Assembly (NCBI GenBank): GCA_051362555.1
Contig: CM120640.1
Coordinates: forward strand, 29,531,967-29,595,966
DNA: 64,000 nucleotides
Direction: 5' to 3'
From: Lingula anatina
Lineage: Eukaryota; Animalia; Brachiopoda
Part shown: positions 1 to 11,000 of the stretch, piece after piece
How the letters are laid out: each line of letters begins with the position of its first letter
Numbering within the stretch: the first letter of the stretch is position 1
The notes under the pieces: model-generated
Database searches by the model: none
Seen by the model: the letters and a program-made list of their open reading frames with translations, nothing else
What the model was told of the DNA's origin: nothing
Translations under genes and position numbers: made by a program

Positions 1-193
1 CCTGGGATATGCCAGGCTTTTCAATGTAATTTTCAGTTTTCCCAACTATGTTGTCCCAAAAAACACTTTTCATTAGACACAGACAACTGATCAGCTTATC
101 ACAGATTTTTATTGTTGTTAAACATCATTTGTACAAATTTCAGAAATATTGGACCAGATTAGACAAAATTATTAATGTTTAACTATTTCAAGT
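1..193 (+). repeat. Representative 193-bp satellite monomer
   Basis: The CCTG landmark falls at 1, 194 and 387 (period 193). Subtypes differ mainly in the first ~20 nt (CCTGGGATATGCCAGG, CCTGCAAATTC, CCTGCGAATTCCC, CATAAAATATCCC, TCTGGGTTTTGCC, CCTGGGATTTACC). Confidence 0.98.
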
Positions 194-444
194 CCTGCAA
201 ATTCATAGTGTTTTCAATGTAATTTTCAGTTTTCCCAAATATGTTGTCCCAAAAAACACTTTTCATTAGACACAGACAACTGATCAGCTTATCACAGATT
301 TTTATTGTTGTTAAGCATCATTTGTACAAATTTCATAAATATTGGACTAGATTTGACATAATTATTACCGTTTAACTATTTTAAGGCCTGGGATTGGCCA
401 GTCTTTTCAAATGTAATTTTCAGTCTTTTCCGTTATATTGTTCT

Positions 445-830
445 TCTTTCAGAGTACCCTCACCATGAAAAAGCTGAAAAAGCAGGCAGTGAAAGATACC
501 ACCAAGAGCAGCACTGTGTCTTCTCCATGTGTACAATACATGATATTTGGCAAGATTTACTTGTTGAGTATTGTGATAACAACAACCCCTTCCAGAAAGG
601 AGTAATCTGCATCTTGCAGAGGTAGTAAGGAGAACTCTTGTATGGGTATATATTGTTTTCCAGATGACAGTTATAGGTAATTTGCAACCTCTTACACAAA
701 CAACCTCAAATCATCACATTTGCTGTTTACTTTCAGAGTAAATAATACATTGCAATATTGAAATATTTGTTTTGTTTAATTCTCACTCTTCTGATAATCA
801 ATTTCCTATACATTTGACACCTAAAAAAAA
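445..830 (+). repeat. Core module, full-length type (first of 47 copies)
   Basis: AGTACCCTCACCAT landmark at 453, 1015, 2163, 3306, 4253, 5001, 6144, 8068, 8824, 9578, 10722, 11478, 12233, 13377, 15301, 16057, 16812, 18146, 20074, 20830, 21585, 22919, 25010, 25766, 26521, 27859, 29010, 30871, 32851, 36977, 38901, 40880, 41635, 42777, 43724, 44479, 45813, 47147, 48732, 50653, 51803, 53337, 55583, 57890, 59865, 61840, 63236. It ends in an A-run (7-13 nt) followed by GACTCAGATAACT. Confidence 0.96.
453..621 (+). pseudogene. Exon-like segment in the core (putative captured pseudo-exon) containing a 46-codon micro-ORF at 465-605
   Basis: Polypyrimidine tract plus TTTCAG|A acceptor (441-452), CACCATG start context, and candidate donors GAG|GTAGTA (621/622) and GTA|GTAAGG (624/625). 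It is more GC-rich than the monomers. I recognise no homologue, and disabling variants occur in many copies. Confidence 0.3.
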
Positions 831-1740
831 GACTCAGATAACTGATAAGCTTATCACAGATTTCTATTGTTATTAAGCATCATTTGTACAAATTTCAGAA
901 ATATTGGACAAGATTTGACATAATTATTACCGTTTAACTATTTTAAGGCCTGGGATTGGCCAGTCTTTTCAAATGTAATTTTCAGTCTTTTCAGTTATAT
1001 TGTTCTTGTTTCAGAGTACCCTCACCATGAAAAAGCTGAAAAAGCAGGCAGTGAAAGATACCACCAAGAGCAGCACTGTGTCTTCTCCATGTGTACAATA
1101 CATGATATTTGGCAAGATTTAGGGCCTTGTTGAGTATTGTGATAACAACAACCCCTTCCAGAAAGGAGCAATCTGCATCTTGCAGAGGTAGTAAGGAGAA
1201 CTCTTGTATGGGTATATATTGTTTTCCAGATGACAGTTATAGGTAATTTGCAACCTCTTACACAAACAACCTCAAATCATCACATTTGCTGTTTACTTTA
1301 AGAGTAAATAATACATTGCAATATTGAAATATTTGTTTTGTTTAATTCTCACTCTTCTGATAATCAATTTCCTATACATTTGACACCTAAAAAAAAGACT
1401 CAGATAACTGATAAGCTTATCACAGATTTCTATTGTTATTAAGCATCATTTGTACAAATTTCAGAAATATTGGACAAGATTTGATAAAATTATTAACGTT
1501 TAACTATTTTAAGGCCTGGGATATGCCAGGCTTTTCAATGTAATTTTCAGTTTTCCCAACTATGTTGTCCCAAAAAACACTTTTCATTAAAAACAGACAA
1601 CTGATCAGCTTATCACAGATTTTTATTGTTGTTAAGCATCATTTGTACAAATTTCAGAAATATTGGACTAGATTAGACAAAATTATTAATGTTTAACTAT
1701 TTCAAGTCCTGCAAATTCCCTGTCTTTTCAATGTAATTTT

Positions 1741-4025
1741 CAGTTTTCCCAAATATGTTGTCCCAAAAAACACTTTTCATTAGACACAGACATATGCTCA
1801 GCTTATCACAGATTTTTATTGTTGTTAAGCATCATTTGTACAAATTTCATAAATATTGGACTAGATTTGACAAAATTATTACCGTTTAACTAATCAAGTC
1901 CTGCGAATTCCCAGTCTTTTCAATGTAATTTTTAGTTTTCGCAAATATATTGTCCTAAAAAACACTTTTCATTCAATACAGACAACTGATCAGCTTATCA
2001 CAGATTTTTATTGTTGTTAAGCATCATTTGTACAAATTTCATAAATATTGGACTAGATTTGACAAAATTATTAACGTTTAACTATTTTAATTAAGTCACC
2101 AAATTTGTCATTCTTTTCAAATGTAATTTTCAGTCTTTTCAGTTATATTGTTCTTGTTTCAGAGTACCCTCACCATGAAAAAGCTGAAAAAGCAGGCAGT
2201 GAAAGATACCACCAAGAGCAGCACTGTGTCTTCTCCATGTGTACAATACATGATATTTGGCAAGATTTACTTGTTGAGTATTGTGATAACAACAACCCCT
2301 TCCAGAAAGGAGTAATCTGCATCTTGTAGAGGTAGTAAGGAGAACTCTTGTATGGGTATATGTTGTTTTCCAGATGACAGTTATAGGTAATTTGCAACCT
2401 CTTATGCAAACAACCTCAAATCATCACATTTGCTGTTTACTTTCAGAGTAAATAATACATTGCAATATTGAAATATATGTTTTGGTTAATTCTCACTCTT
2501 CTGATAATCAATTTCCTATACATTTCACACCTAAAAAAAGACTCAGATAACTGATAAGCTTATCACAGATTTCTATTGTTATTAAGCATCATTTGTTCAA
2601 ATTTCAGAAATATAGGACAAGATTTGACAAAATTATTAACGTTTAACTATTTTAAGGCCTGGGATATGCCAGGCTTTTCAATGTAATTTTCAGTTTTCCC
2701 AACTATGTTGTCCCAAAAAACACTTTTCATTAGACACAGACAACTAATCAGCTTATCACAGATTATTATTGTTGTTAAACATCATTTGTACAAATTTCAG
2801 AAATATTGGACAAGATTAGACAAAGTTATTAATGTTTAACTATTTCAAGTCCTGCAAATTCATAGTGTTTTCAATGTAATTTTCAGTTTTCCCAAATATG
2901 TTGTCCCAAAAAACACTTTTCATTAGACACAGACAACTGCTCAGCTTATCACAGATTTTTATTGTTGTTAAGCATCATTTGTACAAATTTCATAAATATT
3001 GGACTAGATTTGACAAAATTATTACCGTTTAACTAATCAAGTCCTGCGAATTCCCAGTCTTTTCAATGTAATTTTTAGTTTTCGCAAATATATTGTCCTA
3101 AAAAACACTTTTCATTCAATACAGACAACTGATCAGCTTATCACAGATTTTTATTGTTGATAAGCATCATTTGTACAAATTTCATAAATATTGGACTAGA
3201 TTTGACAAAATTATTAACGTTTAACTATTTTAATTAAGTCACCAAATTTGTCATTCTTTTCAAATGTAATTTTCAGTCTTTTCAGTTATATTGTTCTTGT
3301 TTCAGAGTACCCTCACCATGAAAAAGCTGAAAAAGCAGGCAGTGAAAGATACCACCAAGAGCAGCACTGTGTCTTCTCCATGTGTACAATACATGATATT
3401 TGGCAAGATTTACTTGTTGAGTATTGTGATAACAACAACCCCTTCCAGAAAGGAGTAATCTGCATCTTGTAGAGGTAGTAAGGAGAACTCTTGTATGGGT
3501 ATATGTTGTTTTCCAGATGACAGTTATAGGTAATTTGCAACCTCTTATGCAAACAACCTCAAATCATCACATTTGCTGTTTACTTTCAGAGTAAATAATA
3601 CATTGCAATATTGAAATATATGTTTTGGTTAATTCTCACTCTTCTGATAATCAATTTCCTATACATTTCACACCTAAAAAAAGACTCAGATAACTGATAA
3701 GCTTATCACAGATTTCTATTGTTATTAAGCATCATTTGTTCAAATTTCAGAAATATAGGACAAGATTTGACAAAATTATTAACGTTTAACTATTTTAAGG
3801 CCTGGGATATGCCAGGCTTTTCAATGTAATTTTCAGTTTTCCCAACTATGTTGTCCCAAAAAACACTTTTCATTAGACACAGACAACTGATCAGCTTATC
3901 ACAGATTTTTATTGTTGTTAAACATCATTTGTACAAATTTCAGAAATATTGGACCAGATTAGACAAAATTATTAATGTTTAACTATTTCAAGTCCTGCAA
4001 ATTCATAGTGTTTTCAATGTAATTT
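1741..4025 (+). repeat. Tandem duplication of a ~1143-bp unit (core monomer + 3 monomers)
   Basis: Cores at 2163 and 3306 share TTGTAGAG, TATGC, A7 and TTTGTTCAAA variants and the same flanking monomer order. Confidence 0.9.
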
Positions 4026-6699
4026 TCAGTTTTCCCAAATATGTTGTCCCAAAAAACACTTTTCATTAGACACAGACAACTGATCAGCTTATCACAGATT
4101 TTTATTGTTGTTAAGCATCATTTGTACAAATTTCATAAATATTGGACTAGATTTGACATAATTATTACCGTTTAACTATTTTAAGGCCTGGGATTGGCCA
4201 GTCTTTTCAAATGTAATTTTCAGTCTTTTCAGTTATATTGTTCTTGTTTCAGAGTACCCTCACCATGAAAAAGCTGAAAAAGCAGGCAGTGAAAGATACC
4301 ACCAAGAGCAGCACTGTGTCTTCTCCATGTGTACAATACATGATATTTGGCAAGATTTAGGGCCTTGTTGAGTATTGTGATAACAACAACCCCTTCCAGA
4401 AAGGAGTAATCTGCATCTTGCAGAGGTAGTAAGGAGAACTCTTGTATGGGTATATATTGTTTTCCAGATGACAGTTATAGGTAATTTGCAACCTCTTACA
4501 CAAACAACCTCAAATCATCACATTTGCTGTTTACTTTAAGAGTAAATAATACATTGCAATATTGAAATATTTGTTTTGTTTAATTCTCACTCTTCTGATA
4601 ATCAATTTCCTATACATTTGACACCTAAAAAAAAGACTCAGATAACTGATAAGCTTATCACAGATTTCTATTGTTATTAAGCATCATTTGTACAAATTTC
4701 AGAAATATAGGACAAGATTTGACAAAATTATTTACGTTTAACTATTTTAAGGCCTGGGATATGCCAGGCTTTTCAATGTAATTTTCAGTTTTCCCAAATA
4801 TGTTGTCCCAAAAAACACTTTTCATTAAAAACAGACAACTGATCAGCTGATCACAGATTTTTATTGTTGTTAAGCAAATTTCAGAAATATTGGACAAGAT
4901 TTGATAAAATTATTAACATTTAACTATTTTAAGGCCTGGGATTGGCCAGTCTTTTCAAATGTAATTTTCAGTCTTTTCCGTTATATTGTTCTTCTTTCAG
5001 ATTACCCTCACCATGAAAAAGCTGAAAAAGCAGGCAGTGAAAGATACCACCAAGAGCAGCACTGTGTCTTCTCCATGTGTACAATACATGATATTTGGCA
5101 AGATTTACTTGTTGAGTATTGTGATAACAACAACCCCTTCCAGAAAGGAGTAATCTGCATCTTGCAGAGGTAGTAAGGAGAACTCTTGTATGGGTATATA
5201 TTGTTTTCCAGATGACAGTTATAGGTAATTTGCAACCTCTTACACAAACTACCTCAAATCATCACATTTGCTGTTTACTTTCAGAGTAAATAATACATTG
5301 CAATATTGAAATATTTGTTTTGTTTAATTCTCACTCTTCTGATAATCAATTTCCTATACATTTGACACCTAAAAAAAAGACTCAGATAACTGATAAGCTT
5401 ATCACAGATTTCTATTGTTATTAAGCATCATTTGTACAAATTTCAGAAATATTGGACAAGATTTGATAAAATTATTAACGTTTAACTATTTTAAGGCCTG
5501 GGATATGCCAGGCTTTTCAATGTAATTTTCAGTTTTCCCAACTATGTTGTCCCAAAAAACACTTTTCATTAAAAACAGACAACTGATCAGCTTATCACAG
5601 ATTTTTATTGTTGTTAAGCATCATTTGTACAAATTTCAGAAATATTGGACTAGATTAGACAAAATTATTAACGTTTTACTATTTTAAGGCCTGCAAATTC
5701 CCTGTCTTTTCAATGTAATTTTCAGTTTTCCCAAATATGTTGTCCCAAAAAACACTTTTCATTAGACACAGACAACTGATCAGCTTATCACAGATTTTTA
5801 TTGTTGTTAAGCATCATTTGTACAAATTTCATAAATATTGGACTAGATTTGACAAAATTATTACCGTTTAACTAATCAAGTCCTGCGAATTCCCAGTCTT
5901 TTCAATGTAATTTTTAGTTTTCGCAAATATATTGTCCTAAAAAACACTTTTCATTCAATACAGACAACTGATCAGCTTATCACAGATTTTTATTGTTGTT
6001 AAGCATCATTTGTACAAATTTCATAAATATTGGACTAGATTTGACAAAATTATTAACGTTTAACTATTTTAATTAAGTCACCAAATTTGTCATTCTTTTC
6101 AAATGTAATTTTCAGTCTTTCAGTTATATTGTTCTTGTTTCAGAGTACCCTCACCATGAAAAAGCTGAAAAAGCAGGCAGTGAAAGATACCACCAAGAGC
6201 AGCACTGTGTCTTCTCCATGTGTACAATACATGATATTTGGCAAGATTTACTTGTTGAGTATTGTGATAACAACAACCCCTTCCAGAAAGGAGTAATCTG
6301 CATCTTGTAGAGGTAGTAAGGAGAACTCTTGTATGGGTATATGTTGTTTTCCAGATGACAGTTATAGGTAATTTGCAACCTCTTATGCAAACAACCTCAA
6401 ATCATCACATTTGCTGTTTACTTTCAGAGTAAATAATACATTGCAATATTGAAATATATGTTTTGGTTAATTCTCACTCTTCTGATAATCAATTTCCTAT
6501 ACATTTCACACCTAAAAAAAAAAAAAGACTCAGATAACTGATAAGCTTATCACAGATTTCTATTGTTATTAAGCATCATTTGTACAAATTTCAGAAATAT
6601 AGGACAAGATTTGACAAAATTATTAATGTTTAACTATTTTAAGGCCTGGGATATGCCAGGCTTTTCAATGTAATTTTCAGTTTTCCCAACTATGTTGTC

Positions 6700-7790
6700 C
6701 CAAAAAACACTTCTCATTAGACACAGACAACTGATCAGCTTATCACAGATTTTTATTGTTGTTAAGCATCATTTGTACAAATTTCATAAAAATTGGACTA
6801 GATTTGACAAAATTATTACCGTTTAAATATTTCAAGTCCTGCGAATTCCCAGTCTTTTCAATGTAATTTTTGTTTTTCGCAAATATATTGTCCTAAAAAA
6901 ACCTTTTTCATTCAATACAGACAACTGATCTGCTTATCACAGATTTTTATTGTTGGTAAGCATCATTTGTACAAATTTTAGAAATATAGGACAAGATTTG
7001 ACAAAATTATTAACGTTTAACTATTTCAAGTCCTACGAATTCCCAGTCTTTTCAATGTGATTTTTGGTTTTCGCAAATATATTGTCCTAAAAACCACTTT
7101 TCTTTCCATACAGACAACTGATCAGCTTATCACAGATTTCTATTGTTGTTAAGCATCATTTGTACAAATTTCAGAAATATAGGACAAAATTTGACAAAAT
7201 TATTAACGTTTAACTATTTTAAGGCCTGGGATTTGCCAGTCTTTTCAATGTAATTTTCAGTTTTCCCAAATATGTTGTCCCAAAAAACACTTTTCATTAG
7301 ACACAGACAACTGATCAGCTTATCATTGATTTTTATTGTTGTTAAGCATCATTTGTACAAATTTCATAAAAATTGGACTAGATTTGACAAAATTATTACC
7401 GTTTAAATATTTCAAGTCCTGCGAATTCCCAGTCTTTTCAATGTAATTTTTGTTTTTCGCAAATATATTGTCCTAAAAAAACCTTTTTCATTCAATACAG
7501 ACAACTGATCTGATTATCACAGATTTTTATTGTTGGTAAGCATCATTTGTACAAATTTTAGAAATATAGGACAAGATTTGACAAAATTATTAACGTTTAA
7601 CTATTTCAAGTCCTACGAATTCCCAGTCTTTTCAATGTGATTTTTGGTTTTCGCAAATATATTGTCCTAAAAACCACTTTTCTTTCCATACAGACAACTG
7701 ATCAGCTTATCACAGATTTCTATTGTTGTTAAGCATCATTTGTACAAATTTCAGAAATATAGGACAAAATTTGACAAAATTATTAACGTT
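6700..7790 (+). repeat. Trimeric 580-bp sub-repeat inside the 7-monomer spacer (recurs near 13.9-15.0, 18.7-19.8 and 23.7-24.7 kb)
   Basis: ATTTCATAAAAATTGGACTA at 6781 and 7361, with the same diagnostic subtypes (AAAAAAACCTTTTT, CCTACGAATTC, TTTCTTTCCATAC). Confidence 0.9.
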
Positions 7791-8067
7791 TAACTATTTT
7801 AAGGCCTGGGATTTGCCAGTCTTTTCAGTGTAATTTTCAGTTCTCCCAAATATATTGTTCTAAAAAACACTTTTCATTAATCACAGTCAACTGATCAGCT
7901 TATCTCAGATTTTTATTGTTGTTAAGCATCATTTGTACAAATTTCATAAATATTGGACTAGATTTGACAAAATTATTAACGTTTAACTATTTTAATTAAG
8001 TCACCAAATTTGTCATTCTTTTCAAATGTAATTTTCAGTCTTTTCAGTTATATTGTTCTTGTTTCAG

Positions 8068-11000
8068 AGTACCCTCACCATGAAAAAGCTGAAAAAGCAG
8101 GCAGTGAAAGATACCACCAAGAGCAGCACTGTGTCTTCTCCATGTGTACAATACATGATATTTGGCAAGATTTACTTGTTGAGTATTGTGATAACAACAA
8201 CCCCTTCCAGAAAGGAGTAATCTGCATCTTGTAGAGGTAGTAAGGAGAACTCTTGTATGGGTATATGTTGTTTTCCAGATGACAGTTATAGGTAATTTGC
8301 AACCTCTTATGCAAACAACCTCAAATCATCACATTTGCTGTTTACTTTCAGAGTAAATAATACATTTCAATATTGAAATATATGTTTTGGTTAATTCTCA
8401 CTCTTCTGATAATCAATTTCCTATACATTTCACACCTAAAAAAAAAAGACTCAGATAACTGATAAGCTTATCACAGATTTCTATTGTTATTAAGCATCAT
8501 TTGTACAAATTTCAGAAATATAGGACAAGATTTGACAAAATTATTAACGTTTAACTATTTTAAGGCCTGGGATATGCCAGGCTTTTCAATGTAATTTTCA
8601 GTTCTCCCAACTATGTTGTCCCAAAAAACACTTTTCATTAGACACAGACAACTGATCAGCTTATCACAGATTTTTATTGTTGATAAGCATCATTTGAACA
8701 AATTTCAGAAATATAGGACAAGATTTGACAAAATAATTAACGTTTAACTATTTTAAGACCTGGGATATGCCAGGCTTTTCAATGTAATTTTCAGTCTTTT
8801 CCGTTATATTGTTCTTCTTTCAGAGTACCCTCACCATGAAAAAGCTGAAAAAGCAGGCAGTGAAAGATACCACCAAGAGCAGCACTGTGTCTTCTCCATG
8901 TGTACAATACATGATATTTGGCAAGATTTACTTGTTGAGTATTGTGATAACAACAACCCCTTCCAGAAAGGAGTAATCTGCATCTTGCAGAGGTAGTAAG
9001 GAGAACTCTTGTATGGGTATATATTGTTTTCCAGATGACAGTTATAGGTAATTTGCAACCTCTTACACAAACAACCTCAAATCATCACATTTGCTGTTTA
9101 CTTTCAGAGTAAATAATACATTGCAATATTGAAATATTTGTTTTGTTTAATTCTCACTCTTCTGATAATCAATTTCCTATACATTTGACACCTAAAAAAA
9201 GACTCATATAACTGATAAGCTTATCACAGATTTCTATTGTTATTAAGCATCATTTGTACAAATTTCAGAAATATTGGACAAGATTTGATAAAATTATTAA
9301 CGTTTAACTATTTTAAGGCCTGGGATATGCCAGGCTTTTCAATGTAATTTTCAGTTCTCCCAACTATGTTGTCCCAAAAAACACTTTTCATTAAAAACAG
9401 ACAACTGATCAGCTGATCACAGATTTTTATTGTTGTTAAGCATCATTTGTACAAATTTCAGAAATATTGGACAAGATTTGATAAAATTATTAACATTTAA
9501 CTATTTTAAGGCCTGGGATTGGCCAGTCTTTTCAAATGTAATTTTCAGTCTTTTCCGTTATATTGTTCTTCTTTCAGAGTACCCTCACCATGAAAAAGCT
9601 GAAAAAGCAGGCAGTGAAAGATACCACCAAGAGCAGCACTGTGTCTTCTCCATGTGTACAATACATGATATTTGGCAAGATTTACTTGTTGAGTATTGTG
9701 ATAACAACAACCCCTTCCAGAAAGGAGTAATCTGCATCTTGCAGAGGTAGTAAGGAGAACTCTTGTATGGGTATATATTGTTTTCCAGATGACAGTTATA
9801 GGTAATTTGCAACCTCTTACACAAACAACCTCAAATCATCACATTTGCTGTTTACTTTCAGAGTAAATAATACATTGCAATATTGAAATATTTGTTTTGT
9901 TTAATTCTCACTCTTCTGATAATCAATTTCCTATACATTTGACACCTAAAAAAAAGACTCAGATAACTGATAAGCTTATCACAGATTTCTATTGTTATTA
10001 AGCATCATTTGTACAAATTTCAGAAATATTGGACAAGATTTGATAAAATTATTAACGTTTAACTATTTTAAGGCCTGGGATATGCCAGGCTTTTCAATGT
10101 AATTTTCAGTTTTCCCAACTATGTTGTCCCAAAAAACACTTTTCATTAAAAACAGACAACTGATCACCTTATCACAGATTTTTATTGTTGTTAAGCATCA
10201 TTTGTACAAATTTCAGAAATATTGGACTAGATTAGACAAAATTATTAACGTTTTACTATTTTAAGGCCTGCAAATTCCCTGTCTTTTCAATGTAATTTTC
10301 AGTTTTCCCAAATATGTTGTCCCAAAAAACACTTTTCATTAGACACAGACAACTGCTCAGCTTATCACAGATTTTTATTGTTGTCAAGCATCATTTGTAC
10401 AAATTTCATAAATATTGGACAAGATTTGACAAAATTATTACCGTTTAACTAATCAAGTCCTGCGAATTCCCAGTCTTTTCAATGTAATTTTTAGTTTTCG
10501 CAAATATATTGTCCTAAAAAACACTTTTCATTCAATACAGACAACTGATCAGCTTATCACAGATTTTTATTGTTGTTAAGCATCATTTGTACAAATTTCA
10601 TAAATATTGGACTAGATTTGACAAAATTATTAACGTTTAACTATTTTAATTAAGTCACCAAATTTGTCATTCTTTTCAAATGTAATTTTCAGTCTTTTCA
10701 GTTATATTGTTCTTGTTTCAGAGTACCCTCACCATGAAAAAGCTGAAAAAGCAGGCAGTGAAAGATACCACCAAGAGCAGCACTGTGTCTTCTCCATGTG
10801 TACAATACATGATATTTGGCAAGATTTACTTGTTGAGTATTGTGATAACAACAACCCCTTCCAGAAAGGAGTAATCTGCATCTTGTAGAGGTAGTAAGGA
10901 GAACTCTTGTATGGGTATATGTTGTTTTCCAGATGACAGTTATAGGTAATTTGCAACCTCTTATGCAAACAACCTCAAATCATCACATTTGCTGTTTACT

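Noticed and set aside
465-520. Vague resemblance of KLKKQAVKDTTKSST to the N-terminal motif of Crypton/DUF3504-type tyrosine-recombinase proteins
   Set aside because: The match is too short and low in complexity, and the expected downstream Trp/Phe residues are absent. It would need an HMM hit.
656-682. 13-nt micro-exon (CCAG|ATGACAGTTATAG|GTAATT)
   Set aside because: The upstream intron would be only ~40 nt and the element is deleted in 9 copies. It is unsupported without transcript data.
460-699. Repeated 73-85 aa minus-strand ORFs (MCKRLQ..., MHKRLQ..., MYGKL...)
   Set aside because: They are antisense to the core, mostly have non-ATG starts, and change frame with the 4-bp and 136-bp indels. 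I recognise no domain, and their recurrence only reflects the repeat.
660-800. C/D-box snoRNA in the 3' half of the core (ATGACA ... CTGA)
   Set aside because: The C box is a poor match to RTGATGA, there is no convincing terminal stem or recognisable rRNA guide, and the region is deleted in one lineage.
445-824. Core as an intact non-autonomous Helitron (5' TC ... CTAA 3') or MITE
   Set aside because: There is no GC-rich subterminal hairpin, the insertion is not between A and T, the 5' TC is TG in many copies, and there are no terminal inverted repeats.
811-840. Core as a retrocopy or SINE with a poly(A) tail
   Set aside because: The A-run corresponds to the monomer's own CTAAAAAA tract. 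I see no AATAAA at a suitable distance, no target-site duplication and no Pol III A/B boxes.
9430-9750. Plus-strand 69-106 aa ORFs (MSFFSN..., MLLSII...)
   Set aside because: They begin at TTG codons inside satellite monomer sequence and read through the acceptor. They are broken by TAG or frameshift in many copies.
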